A stretch of DNA of 64,000 nucleotides from Candidatus Multivoradales bacterium (GTDB lineage Bacteria > Acidobacteriota > Thermoanaerobaculia > Multivoradales > JAHEKO01). Each line of letters opens with the position of its first letter. Within the stretch, counting starts at the first letter, position 1. Of the stretch, positions 51,286-60,881 are shown in pieces. The position numbers and the translations under genes were made by a program. Location of the stretch: positions 2,048,001-2,112,000 of the forward strand of contig CBDCXM010000009.1 of assembly GCA_965223855.1 (NCBI GenBank). Direction: 5' to 3'. The notes under the pieces were generated by a model. It was given only the letters and a program-made list of their open reading frames with translations. It was not told the origin of the DNA and did no database searches.

Positions 51286-52611
51286 ATGGCATACGAGGGC
51301 TCACTGGCGGAGGCGCCGTTCACCGAGGTATTGCAGTACATCGCGCGCAACGGGGACACCGGAATCCTCACGCTCCAGGGGGAGGAGGAGATCATCGGCG
51401 TGACGTTCCTCGACGGCGACGTCGTGTCGGTGGACGCCGTGAACCAGGCTCCCGAGGAGGGCCTGGGGGTGGTACTCGACGAAGAGGACCTCGTGTCGAT
51501 GGAGGCTTTCACCAGCCTCGTCGCCGAGAATCGCGCCGGTGGCGGCAGGGTGACCGATCTCCTGATCGAGCGGAACTATCTGACGAGGGAGCAGTTGCTG
51601 GCCGCGATGCGGCGGCAGGCTCTGGATCTGTGCCGCCAGGCCTGCCAGTGGCGGCAGGGGCAGTTCCGTTTCTACCGGGGCGATCAGGTGTCGTACGAGC
51701 AGGGCGTCGAGCCTCTCGAAGTCGAGCATCTGCTGGCGACCCTGGCCGAGCCGCCCGACGAGGTCGCGGAGCCTCCACGGGATCTGTCGGCCGATACCGC
51801 GGATCGGGCCGACGCGCCCCCCGGTGAGGTGCCCGAAGTCGAGCTCCTCGATCTCGGGCCTGCGCTGGCGGCGGAGGCCGACGCCTACGAGGGGGCGTTC
51901 CAGCCTGGCGGAGGAGCCTCGATATCCGAATCCTTCGTGCCGCCTTCCGGCGAGCCTGCCGCCGGCGAGGTCGGGACTCCGGAGGTCGAGCCGCTGGAGG
52001 TCGAGTCTCTGGAGGTCGGGTCCCTGGCGGTCGGGTACTCGGAGGAGGCGTACGCCGAGATCGGCTATCCGGAGGTCGAGATGCCGGACCCCGAGCCCGA
52101 AGACGAGTTCGAGGAGCCCCGTCGCCGGCGGCTCGACATCGACTGGAGAGAGTTCTGGGGTTCGAGCCTGTCGCCGGTGCTTCCGGGCCGGCTCCTCGCT
52201 CTCGGGCTGCTCGTCAGTCTGGTGGGCCTCGTGGTGATGGCGCCGGGTCGCTTCCTCCTGCCGCTCGGCGGCCAGGAGAGGATCCGCGCCGGCATCGCCA
52301 CAGGCGTGCAGGACTCGGTCTACACCAAGATCGATCGCGCGGCGAGAACCCATTTCCTGCTGGAAGGGGAGTTCCCCGGCCAACTCGCGGACCTCGTGGC
52401 ACTGCGCCTCCTGGCGGCCGGAGACCTGGCGGTGAGCGGCCGTGAGTTCGAGTTCACCCGGGCGCCGCTCTCCTATCAGCTGGCCCTCGACGGTGCGCGG
52501 AGCGATCCGGGTGCGGTCCGCATCGAGACCATTCGGGGGAACTTTCTGCTCGACCCGGACTACTCCCCGCCCGAGGTCCTGGCTCGACCGTCGCTCTTCC
52601 TCCTCGACTGA
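51286..52611 (+). CDS. DUF4388-domain protein with acidic linker and TM helix (copy 3)
   Basis: MAYEGSLAEAPFTEVLQYIARNGDTGILTL, QWRQGQFRF; TM helix LLALGLLVSLVGLVV. Confidence 0.78.
   Translation: MAYEGSLAEAPFTEVLQYIARNGDTGILTLQGEEEIIGVTFLDGDVVSVDAVNQAPEEGLGVVLDEEDLVSMEAFTSLVAENRAGGGRVTDLLIERNYLTREQLLAAMRRQALDLCRQACQWRQGQFRFYRGDQVSYEQGVEPLEVEHLLATLAEPPDEVAEPPRDLSADTADRADAPPGEVPEVELLDLGPALAAEADAYEGAFQPGGGASISESFVPPSGEPAAGEVGTPEVEPLEVESLEVGSLAVGYSEEAYAEIGYPEVEMPDPEPEDEFEEPRRRRLDIDWREFWGSSLSPVLPGRLLALGLLVSLVGLVVMAPGRFLLPLGGQERIRAGIATGVQDSVYTKIDRAARTHFLLEGEFPGQLADLVALRLLAAGDLAVSGREFEFTRAPLSYQLALDGARSDPGAVRIETIRGNFLLDPDYSPPEVLARPSLFLLD
51967..52086 (+). repeat. Degenerate 15-bp tandem repeat, 8 units, in frame
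   Basis: gaggtcgggactccg/gaggtcgagccgctg/gaggtcgagtctctg/gaggtcgggtccctg/gcggtcgggtactcg/gaggaggcgtacgcc/gagatcggctatccg/gaggtcgagatgccg. Confidence 0.7.
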
Positions 52612-52684
52612 CAGCGCCTCCGGACGGGCGGAGCGGGTCCCGGAATCGTCAGTGAGAGGGTGTTCTCACGCGCCCGCGAGAGAT

Positions 52685-52750
52685 CTTAGCGGCTTCTCAG
52701 CAAGTTCTGCGCTCAAGGACTTGACATCTACTCACTAAGGTTTGTATCCT
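52685..52750 (+). promoter_or_regulatory. Sigma70-type dnaK promoter with HAIR-like (HspR) half-sites
   Basis: TTGACA 52721-52726, 18-nt spacer, TATCCT 52745-52750; GCTCAAG, CTTGACA and ACTAAG half-sites; hspR-like gene downstream. Confidence 0.6.
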
Positions 52751-52856
52751 TGACGTCGCCGAGCCGTTCTCCGTGCCGGCCCCAGGGCCGAGCGAAGCGA
52801 GCACTGCCAACGTCGGTTCGGCGCCCAACGACCCCCGTCTTCAAGGAGGAAGCGCA

Positions 52857-54758
52857 GTGAGCAAGATCATAGGAATCGACCTGGGGACCACGAACAGCGT
52901 GGTTGCCGTCATGGAAGGAACCGAGGCGAAGGTCATCCCCAACGCCGAGGGAAATCGCACCACCCCGTCGGTGGTGGCGTTCTCCGACAACGGTGAGCGC
53001 CTGGTGGGGCAGGTCGCCAAGCGTCAGGCGGTGACCAACCCCGAGCGCACCATCTACTCCATCAAGCGGTTCATGGGCCGCCGCTACGACGAAGTGGCGG
53101 AGGAGATGAAGATGGTGCCGTTCAAGGTGACGCAGGCCGACAGCGGTTTGCGCGTCGCGATCGACGGCAAGGACTATTCGCCGGAAGAGATCTCGGCGAT
53201 GACCCTGCAGAAGCTCAAGCAGGCCGCAGAGGACTACCTCGGCCAGAAGGTCGAGGCGGCCGTCATCACCGTTCCCGCCTACTTCAACGACGCGCAGCGT
53301 CAGGCGACGAAGGACGCCGGCCGAATCGCCGGTCTCAAGGTCGAGCGTCTCGTCAACGAGCCGACCGCCGCGGCGCTCGCCTACGGCCTCGACAAGAAGG
53401 AAGACCAGCTCATCGCGGTCTACGACTTCGGTGGCGGTACCTTCGACATCTCGATCCTCGAGGTCGGTGAGGGAGTCGTCGAGGTCAAGTCGACCAATGG
53501 CGACACCCACCTGGGCGGCGACAACATCGACCAGAAGCTGATGGACTGGCTGCTCGCCGAGTTCAAGAAGGACCAGGGCATCGATCTGAGCCAGGATCCG
53601 ATGGCGGTCCAGCGTCTGCGCGAGGCGGCCGAGAAGGCCAAGATCGAGCTCTCGAGCGCGCAGGAGACCGAGATCAACCTGCCCTTCATCACCGCCGACC
53701 AGTCGGGGCCCAAGCACCTCAACGTCAAGCTGAGCCGCAGCCGTCTCGAGCAGATGGTCGAGGAGCTGGTCCGGCGCTCGATCGAGCCCTGCAAGCAGGC
53801 GCTCACCGACGCCGACGTCGACGCCTCCGACATCGACGAGGTCGTCCTCGTCGGCGGTCAGACCCGCATGCCGCTGGTGCAGAAGGTCGTGCAGGAGGTG
53901 TTCGGCAGGGAGCCTCACAAGGGTGTCAACCCGGACGAGGTGGTGGCGGTCGGCGCCGCGGTACAGGGCGGCGTCCTGGCGGGAGACGTCAAGGACGTTC
54001 TGCTGCTGGACGTCACGCCTCTGTCGCTCGGCATCGAGACGCTCGGCGGGGTGATGACCCGGCTCATCGACCGCAACACGACCATCCCGACGAAGAAGAG
54101 CGAAGTCTTCTCGACCGCGGCCGACAACCAGACCTCGGTCGAGGTGCACGTGCTCCAGGGTGAGCGGGACATGGCGCGCGACAACCGCACGCTGGGGCGC
54201 TTCCACCTGGTCGGCATTCCGCCGGCGCCACGGGGCATGCCGCAGGTCGAGGTGACGTTCGACATCGACGCCAACGGCATCCTCAACGTGTCCGCGAAGG
54301 ATCGCGGGACCGGCAAGGAGCAGCAGATCACGATCACGGCGTCGAGCGGCCTGTCGGAGGACGAGATCTCGAGCATGGTCGAGGACGCCGAAGCCCACTC
54401 GGAGGAGGATCAGGAGCGCCGCAAGCTCGTCGAGCAGCGCAACCAGCTCGACCAGCTCGTCTACGCCACCTCGAAGACCTTCGAGGAGCACAAGGACAAG
54501 CTGGGCGCCGAAGAGATCTCGGAGCTCGAGGGTGCCCTCGAAGATTCGAAGAAGGCGCTCGAAGGCGACGACGCCGAAGAGATGGAGTCGGCGATTCAGC
54601 GCCTGACCCAGGCCTCGCACAAGCTGGCGGAGATCATGTACAAGGAGCAGGCCGAGGCGGCCGGCGCAGGTGCCGAGCCGGGCTCTGCCCCCGCCGACGA
54701 GGACGAGGTGATCGACGCCGAGTACGTCGACGTGGAGGACAGCGAGAAGTCCGCCTGA
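52857..54758 (+). CDS. dnaK: Chaperone DnaK (Hsp70)
   Basis: [38 protein letters not shown]; AAGGAGG SD and GTG 52857. Confidence 0.97.
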   Translation: MSKIIGIDLGTTNSVVAVMEGTEAKVIPNAEGNRTTPSVVAFSDNGERLVGQVAKRQAVTNPERTIYSIKRFMGRRYDEVAEEMKMVPFKVTQADSGLRVAIDGKDYSPEEISAMTLQKLKQAAEDYLGQKVEAAVITVPAYFNDAQRQATKDAGRIAGLKVERLVNEPTAAALAYGLDKKEDQLIAVYDFGGGTFDISILEVGEGVVEVKSTNGDTHLGGDNIDQKLMDWLLAEFKKDQGIDLSQDPMAVQRLREAAEKAKIELSSAQETEINLPFITADQSGPKHLNVKLSRSRLEQMVEELVRRSIEPCKQALTDADVDASDIDEVVLVGGQTRMPLVQKVVQEVFGREPHKGVNPDEVVAVGAAVQGGVLAGDVKDVLLLDVTPLSLGIETLGGVMTRLIDRNTTIPTKKSEVFSTAADNQTSVEVHVLQGERDMARDNRTLGRFHLVGIPPAPRGMPQVEVTFDIDANGILNVSAKDRGTGKEQQITITASSGLSEDEISSMVEDAEAHSEEDQERRKLVEQRNQLDQLVYATSKTFEEHKDKLGAEEISELEGALEDSKKALEGDDAEEMESAIQRLTQASHKLAEIMYKEQAEAAGAGAEPGSAPADEDEVIDAEYVDVEDSEKSA

Positions 54759-54823
54759 TCCGACCGTGACCGCTCCCTTCGCCCCGTCGCGTCTTCGCGA
54801 CGGGGCGTTGCGGCGGGGTCGGA
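54759..54823 (+). terminator. Strong hairpin between dnaK and hspR
   Basis: Perfect 12-bp stem CGCCCCGTCGCG-tctt-CGCGACGGGGCG (54780-54807), extended by outer TCCGACC/GGTCGGA; no U-tract. Confidence 0.55.
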
Positions 54824-54843
54824 AACGAGAGGGGTGTCCGAAG

Positions 54844-55233
54844 ATGCCGCGAAGACGTCAGAGCCAGCGCAAGTACCTGATGATCAGTGCGGTCGCCGAA
54901 CGTTTCGAGATCCATCCGCAGACGCTGCGGCTCTACGAGAGAGAAGGGTTGATCACCCCGGTCCGCAGTGCGGGAAACACCCGTCTGTACGACGAGGGGA
55001 CCATCCGGCGCCTCGAGACCATCCTCACTCTCACTAGGGATCTGGGTGTCAACCTCGCCGGCGTCGAGGTGATTCTCAACATGAACGAGCAGATGGAGCA
55101 GATGCAGGTCGAGGTCGATCGCCTGCTCGAGGCGCTCAAGAGCGGCCGCCTCGATCGTCGCTTCGGCGGGGACCGGCGCTTTGCGCTCGAAAAGGTGCCG
55201 AAGAGCCCGCTGGCAAAGGCCGACGGCAGCTGA
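54844..55233 (+). CDS. hspR: MerR-family heat-shock repressor HspR
   Basis: YLMISAVAERFEIHPQTLRLYEREGLI, GNTRLY, LGVNLAGVEVIL; follows dnaK. Confidence 0.85.
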   Translation: MPRRRQSQRKYLMISAVAERFEIHPQTLRLYEREGLITPVRSAGNTRLYDEGTIRRLETILTLTRDLGVNLAGVEVILNMNEQMEQMQVEVDRLLEALKSGRLDRRFGGDRRFALEKVPKSPLAKADGS

Positions 55234-55311
55234 AATCAGACGATCGGTCGGTCGCAGCAGCCGGTCGCCGCAGCCGGTCGAGGGTCCGAGTCGCCGTGCT
55301 ACGATCCCACC

Positions 55312-56106
55312 ATGCCACTCGAGTCCGACGAGTGCCGGCAGTGCGGGGGGCGCGGCTGGGTGATGACCGAAGACGGAGGGGCCGGAACGGCGATTCCGTG
55401 CGACTGCCGTCCCGCTTTGGCGGCGCGCTCCCGTGTACAGCGGGCCGCGATTCCGCGGCGCTACGCTGACTCGACGCTCGAGAACTTCAACGTCGATGCG
55501 CCCGAGGGCGGCGACCGCCTGCTCGAGGCGCGCGAACTCTCCCGCCGCTATGTCGACCGCTTTCTGCTGGAGGACGGTGGCTATCGACGGACCGGTCTCG
55601 TCTACGTCGGGCCTCCGGGCGGCGGCAAGACTCATCTCGCGGCAGCCGTGCTGCGCGCTCTCGTCGACCGCTACGGGGTGGAAGGGCGCTTCGTCGACTT
55701 CACGAGCCTCGTTCACCAGATCCAGTCGACCTTCGACCCCGGCTCCGAGGAGTCGAAGCGACAGGTGCTCGATCCGGTGACGGACGCCGAGGTGCTGGTG
55801 CTCGACGAACTGGGAGCGCAGCGTCCGACGCCGTTCGTCAACGACATGCTCTATCTGGTGCTCAATGCCAGGTATACCCGCTGCCTGCCGACGCTCTTCA
55901 CCACCAACTACACGCTGAAGGAGTCCTCGGGGGCCGGCCACGCCAACGGCCGTGAGTTCGGGCGTCCGCTGCCGGCCGGGCCGGAGCCGCTCGCGACCCG
56001 CATTCCCGCCCGGCTGGTGAGCCGGCTTCACGAGATGGCCTTCGCCATCGAGCTCCCGGTGCCGGACTTCCGGCGCGAAGTCGTTCAGGCCCAAACGCGA
56101 ATCTGA
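55312..56106 (+). CDS. DnaC/IstB-like AAA+ ATPase with N-terminal Cys motif
   Basis: CRQC..CDC, IPRRY, GPPGGGKTHLA, LVLDELG, TTNY, SRLHEM. Confidence 0.82.
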   Translation: MPLESDECRQCGGRGWVMTEDGGAGTAIPCDCRPALAARSRVQRAAIPRRYADSTLENFNVDAPEGGDRLLEARELSRRYVDRFLLEDGGYRRTGLVYVGPPGGGKTHLAAAVLRALVDRYGVEGRFVDFTSLVHQIQSTFDPGSEESKRQVLDPVTDAEVLVLDELGAQRPTPFVNDMLYLVLNARYTRCLPTLFTTNYTLKESSGAGHANGREFGRPLPAGPEPLATRIPARLVSRLHEMAFAIELPVPDFRREVVQAQTRI

Positions 56107-56125
56107 ACTCCCGGCGATACACCTG

Positions 56126-57082
56126 ATGAACTCGCAACGACTGTCGGCGCTCGAGTGCGTCTCTCGCGGAGTCTCCAACCTGCGGGGCAACTGGAAGCTG
56201 GTGCTGCTCGTCTTCGCCCAGATCATCGCCTGCGGTGTCGTGGCGTTCCTCGGCGTTGTGGTGCTCATGATGGCGGGCATCGGAGCGTCGCTCGACGGCT
56301 TCAGCCTCGAGTCGGTGGAGGATGTCGAGAATCTGCGCGAGGCGCTGGCGCGCAGCGCCTTCGGCTGGAAGGAGCTGGCGATCGTCCTCGCCGTGCTGTT
56401 CGTCTTTCTTGCCGTCCTGCTGCTCGTCTACTCGTGGTTCCAGGGCGGAATTCTCGCCACCCTCGACCGGGGGGAACGGCAGGCGCCCCGCGGTACCGGG
56501 TCGGAGATGACCCTCTTCGAGACCTTTTCAGGGCGGAACTTCAGCGGCTGGGCCTCGCAGTACGTCTGGCCACTCTTCTGGTTCTTCAACTGGCTGACGC
56601 TGCTGCTGACGGTCGCCCTCTTCGGCCTCGTCCTCCTGGCGGGCCTGGGAGTCTTCCTGCTGGCGAAGCTCGGGCAGGGGATCGCGATCGCCGTCGGTTG
56701 CGTCCTCGTCCTGCCACTGATTCTGCTGATGCTGGCACTGCAGATCTGGCTCGTCATCGGGCAGACCCTGGTCGTCAACGATTTCGGCGTCTTCCGAGCG
56801 ACCAACCGGGCGCTGGTCTACCTCGGGCGTCGCTTCTGGGCCGCCATCGTGATCGCCGTTCTCTTCCTGGTGGCGCAGATCGGTGTGGCCGTCGTGTTCC
56901 TGCCTCTCTCGCAGGGCCTCGCGATCGCTCTGGGGGATGGCGGTGCCGCCGCACTCGCCGTACAGATTCTGCTCACCTTCGCCCAGTGGCTCGTGGGGGG
57001 CGTCCTCTCCGTGGCGCTTTTCGGCTCGGTGGTGGCTCTGACCCGCACCGAGATCGACCACGAGCGACGACTGGCTTCCTGA
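56126..57082 (+). CDS. Hypothetical polytopic membrane protein
   Basis: About 6 TM helices, normal codon bias. Confidence 0.7.
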   Translation: MNSQRLSALECVSRGVSNLRGNWKLVLLVFAQIIACGVVAFLGVVVLMMAGIGASLDGFSLESVEDVENLREALARSAFGWKELAIVLAVLFVFLAVLLLVYSWFQGGILATLDRGERQAPRGTGSEMTLFETFSGRNFSGWASQYVWPLFWFFNWLTLLLTVALFGLVLLAGLGVFLLAKLGQGIAIAVGCVLVLPLILLMLALQIWLVIGQTLVVNDFGVFRATNRALVYLGRRFWAAIVIAVLFLVAQIGVAVVFLPLSQGLAIALGDGGAAALAVQILLTFAQWLVGGVLSVALFGSVVALTRTEIDHERRLAS

Positions 57083-57096
57083 GCGGGAAACAGGCT

Positions 57097-59217
57097 GTGT
57101 TCAGGGAGTCCACGAGGCGGCTGCGTCCGTTCCTTTCCGTCTGCGCCCTGATCCTCGCGTGGACCGCCGCCGTCGAGGCGGCCCCCCTGGTACCGGAGAC
57201 CGTGCGGGTCGGCCTGGCGACCGATCTCGAGAAGGTCGTCCTTCCATGCTGCGGCGCGGATCTGAGGGCTCAGGCCGGGGAGACCCAGGTCGCTCTGGTG
57301 GAGCCGTTCTCGATCGAGCCGGCGGCGACCGGGAGCAGAGGCACCTACCGGCTTCAGGTGGCGGCGCTCAAGGACGAGCGGCAGGCTCTCGGTCTGGCGC
57401 GGCGATTCGAAGCGAGATTCGGCGTCGGAGAAGTGGTTTTCGATGCAGCGACGGATCTCTATCGGGTGCGCGTCGGCCGCTTCAGCGACCGCTCGGCGGC
57501 GGACGAGGCGGTCCGCGAGCTGGCAGCCGCCGGCCGCGCCGGTGCCTTCGTCGTGTCGGAGCCCTCGGCCTCGGTCGCCGAGGGACTGCGAGTGCGGCAG
57601 GGTAGCGACGCCTGGAGGGTGCGCGGGCGCTGGGTCGTGGTCTGGTCGCGTTCGGAGACGGGCATCCGCCTGCCGTCGGGGACCTATCGCGGGCGGCTCC
57701 TCGTCTATCTCAACGACCGTGGGACGCTGAACCTCATCAACGAGTTGCCGCTCGACGACTATGTTCGCGGTGTCGTGCCGCGGGAGATGGGGCCGGAGGT
57801 GTACGACAGCCTGGAGGGGCTCAAGGCGCAGGCGGTCGCAGCGCGGACCTACGCGGTTCACAACTTCGCGGAGTTCGCCGCCGAGGGCTACGACATCTGC
57901 GCGACCCCGAGGTGCCAGGTCTACGGCGGAAGGAGCGCCGAGCACCCGATGTCGGATCGCGCGGTGCGCGAGACGGCCGGCGAGGTGATCGCCTTCGACG
58001 GCGCAGCGATCGACGCCAAGTACAGCTCGACGTGCGGAGGTCACACCGAGGACGCTGAGATCGTCTTTCCCGGCAACGAGAAGCCGTATCTGGCGGCCGT
58101 TCCGTGCTTCGAGGCAGGGCTCACCGAACTGTCGGGAGCGAAGTCGTCGGCGTTTCCCGATGCCCTGATCGCGAGGGTGCTCGGTCCGGCCGACCTGGCT
58201 CTCGGGGCGCCGTCGCTGAGCGAGCGGCTGCAGACCCTTGCCTTCGTCGCCGGCCTGCCGCCTCCGGCAGCGCCGTTGGCGACCCTCGACCGCCGGGGAC
58301 TCGCACGTCATATCGCCTCCTGGCTGGATCTCGCCCTCGAGGTGGAACTCTTCGTGGCGCCGCCCGACATTCCCTACGCGCTGGGGCAGGCGCCGGCGGG
58401 CTGGTCGGAAGACGACCTCGAGGTAGCGACGTACCTCGGCTCGCTCGGCATTCTCGACGGCCCGGTCGACAGCGCCGTCTCAGCGGGCGAAGTGGAGCGC
58501 ACCCTCCTGGCTCTGATGGAGATGCTGCGGGTGGTCGAGACGGTCGAGGGGCTCTTCGCCAAGGTCGAGGGGGGGAGGCTCGTCGTGCGGGAGGAGGGGG
58601 TCGCGCGGAGCTTCGAGATCGATCCGGGGCTCGCGACCTTCCGCGACCGTGGGGGGAGGACGACCGGCGCCACGTTGGGCATGGTGCCCGGAGATCCGTT
58701 GACGGTCTACCTCGTCGAGGGGATTCCGGCGGCCGTCGTCCAGCACGTCGACCCCAACGGTGCGGCCTACGATCGCAGCAGCCGCTATTCGACCTGGCGC
58801 AGATTCCGCTCCGACAGCGAGATCGGACGCCTGATCGAGGAGCGGTATCCCGGCTTCCGGTTCCGGCGCCTCGAAGTGGTCGAGAGAGGGCGCTCCGGGC
58901 GGGTCGGCCGCCTCAGGGTGATCGGCGAAGGGAATACCGTGGAGATCGAGGGGCTGGCGATCCGCTGGGCGCTCGATCTTCCGGACACCTTCTTCACGTT
59001 CAAGCGGCTGGCGCCCCCGAAGGGGGTGCCGGGATGGCTGTTCTCCGGCCGCGGCTGGGGACATGGGGTGGGGATGTGCCAGATCGGCGCGTACGGCATG
59101 GGTCTGCGTGGTCACTCCTACCGCGAGATTCTCGAGCACTACTACTCGAGCGTCGACCTGACGACGGTCGAAACCGTCTCCCGCAGCGAGTACGAACGGC
59201 TGCGGCAGGGCCGCTGA
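57097..59217 (+). CDS. SpoIID/LytB-domain peptidoglycan hydrolase with SPOR domain
   Basis: SPOR YRLQVAAL..YRVRVGRF; YVRGVVPREM, KAQAVAARTY, CQVY, SSTCGGHTE, GWGHGVGMCQ; start approximate. Confidence 0.85.
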   Translation: MFRESTRRLRPFLSVCALILAWTAAVEAAPLVPETVRVGLATDLEKVVLPCCGADLRAQAGETQVALVEPFSIEPAATGSRGTYRLQVAALKDERQALGLARRFEARFGVGEVVFDAATDLYRVRVGRFSDRSAADEAVRELAAAGRAGAFVVSEPSASVAEGLRVRQGSDAWRVRGRWVVVWSRSETGIRLPSGTYRGRLLVYLNDRGTLNLINELPLDDYVRGVVPREMGPEVYDSLEGLKAQAVAARTYAVHNFAEFAAEGYDICATPRCQVYGGRSAEHPMSDRAVRETAGEVIAFDGAAIDAKYSSTCGGHTEDAEIVFPGNEKPYLAAVPCFEAGLTELSGAKSSAFPDALIARVLGPADLALGAPSLSERLQTLAFVAGLPPPAAPLATLDRRGLARHIASWLDLALEVELFVAPPDIPYALGQAPAGWSEDDLEVATYLGSLGILDGPVDSAVSAGEVERTLLALMEMLRVVETVEGLFAKVEGGRLVVREEGVARSFEIDPGLATFRDRGGRTTGATLGMVPGDPLTVYLVEGIPAAVVQHVDPNGAAYDRSSRYSTWRRFRSDSEIGRLIEERYPGFRFRRLEVVERGRSGRVGRLRVIGEGNTVEIEGLAIRWALDLPDTFFTFKRLAPPKGVPGWLFSGRGWGHGVGMCQIGAYGMGLRGHSYREILEHYYSSVDLTTVETVSRSEYERLRQGR

Positions 59218-59312
59218 GGCGGCCTGAAGAGCCTCCGGCCCGCCGGGGAGTGCGTGCTACGATCCCGCCGGCGAGCCGCCCGCCGCGGCAGGCCGCGGAG
59301 AGCCTTCGAGAG

Positions 59313-60471
59313 ATGACCGAGACCGTCGATTTCGCACTGACCGAGGAGCAGGTCGTCGTACAGGAAGCCGCCCGCGACTTCGCTCGCAAGGCCGTCGATC
59401 CGATCGTCGAGGAGATCGACGAGGCGCAGCGCTTTCCCACCGAGGTTTTTCGAGCAGGCGGGCGAACTCGGATTCCTGGGCATTCTGATGCCGGAGGAGT
59501 ACGGCGGCGCCGGCCTGGGCTACGTCGAGTACGCGCTCGTCATCAGCGAGCTGGCGCAGGTCGATCCGTCGGTCGGTCTCAGCGTCGCGGCTCACAACTC
59601 GTTGTGCACGAACCACATCTACAAGTTCGGCACCGAGGAGCAGCGCCGCCGCTGGGTGGTGCCGCTGGCGAGCGGCGAGAAGATCGGCGCCTGGAGCCTC
59701 ACCGAGCCCGAGGCGGGCTCGGACGCCGCCGGCACTCGCTCCCGGGCCGAGAAGGTCGAGGGGGGCTGGATCCTCAACGGCGCCAAGACCTTCACCACTC
59801 ACGGATCGGTGGGCGACCTGTGCGTCGTCTTCGCGGTCAACGATGCCGAAGGGCCGCGTCATCACAACGTCTCCGCCTTCGTCGTCGAGAAGGGGCGCGA
59901 GGGGTTCCGGTCGGGCAAGAAGGAGAACAAGCTCGGCACGCGCGCCTCCGACACGGCTGAAGTGATCATGGAGAACTGCTTCGTCCCCGACGACCACCTG
60001 CTCGGGGAGGTCGGCGAGGGCTTCATTCAGGCGTTGCAGATTCTCGACGGCGGTCGCATCTCGATCGCCGCGCTCGGTCTCGGCATTGCCAAAGGGGCCT
60101 TCGAGACGGCCCGCGCCTACGCGCTCGAGCGCGAGCAGTTCGGCAAGCCGATCGCGCAGTTCCAGGCGATTCAGTTCCATCTCGCCGACATGGCGACCCG
60201 CATCGCCGCGGCGGAAGCGCTCGTGATGGCCGCCGCGGTCGAGATGGATCGCAGCGGCAAGGTCACCCGGCTCGCTGCGGAGGCGAAGCTCTATGCCGGG
60301 GAGACCGCGGTCTTCTGCGCCGACCTCGGCGTGCAGATTCACGGCGGCTACGGCTTCATCAAGGACTACCGTGCCGAGAAGTTCTTCCGCGACTGCAAGA
60401 TCTGCACGATCGGGGAAGGGACGAGCGAGATCCAGCGGCTCGTCATCGCCAGGCAGCTGCTGCGCGGATGA
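59313..60471 (+). pseudogene. Acyl-CoA dehydrogenase with a +1 frameshift in a T run (pseudogene or sequencing error)
   Basis: [19 protein letters not shown] reads in one frame; [38 protein letters not shown] continues in the +1 frame after TTTTT at 59446-59450. Confidence 0.75.
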
Positions 60472-60881
60472 TTCCCCGCATCGACCACATCGGTGTCGCA
60501 GTCGCCTCGATCGAAGCGGCGCGCGGCTTCTACGAAGCGCTCGGCCTCGAGGTGGCCGAGATCGAGGAGGTCGAAGCGGAGGGAGTCCGGGTGGCGATGA
60601 TCCACTGCGGTGAGAGCAAGATCGAGTTGCTCGAGCCGACTCGTGAGGACTCGCCGATCGCCCGCTTCCTCGAGAAGCGTGGAGAGGGGCTGCATCACGT
60701 CTGTCTCGCGAGCACCGACATCCGGGGCGACGACGCGGCGCTCAGAGAGGCCGGCTACCAGGTTCTGCGCCCCGAGCCGACCCGCGGCGCGGGTGGGTGC
60801 TGGGTGCAGTTCGTGCACCCGAAGAGCGCAGCCGGCGTGCTCGTGGAGCTGTCGGAGCCCGGCGAGCGTTCGTCAGGCTAG
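60468..60881 (+). CDS. mce: Methylmalonyl-CoA epimerase
   Basis: [37 protein letters not shown]. Confidence 0.9.
   Translation: MIPRIDHIGVAVASIEAARGFYEALGLEVAEIEEVEAEGVRVAMIHCGESKIELLEPTREDSPIARFLEKRGEGLHHVCLASTDIRGDDAALREAGYQVLRPEPTRGAGGCWVQFVHPKSAAGVLVELSEPGERSSG

Noticed and set aside
52680-52760. CIRCE (HrcA) operator upstream of dnaK
   Set aside because: No TTAGCACTC-N9-GAGTGCTAA match; the adjacent regulator is HspR-like
52728-54620. 630-aa ORF antisense to dnaK
   Set aside because: Long antisense ORFs opposite Hsp70 genes are a known codon-bias artefact
55312-56106. IS21 element (istB)
   Set aside because: No istA transposase or terminal inverted repeats were found
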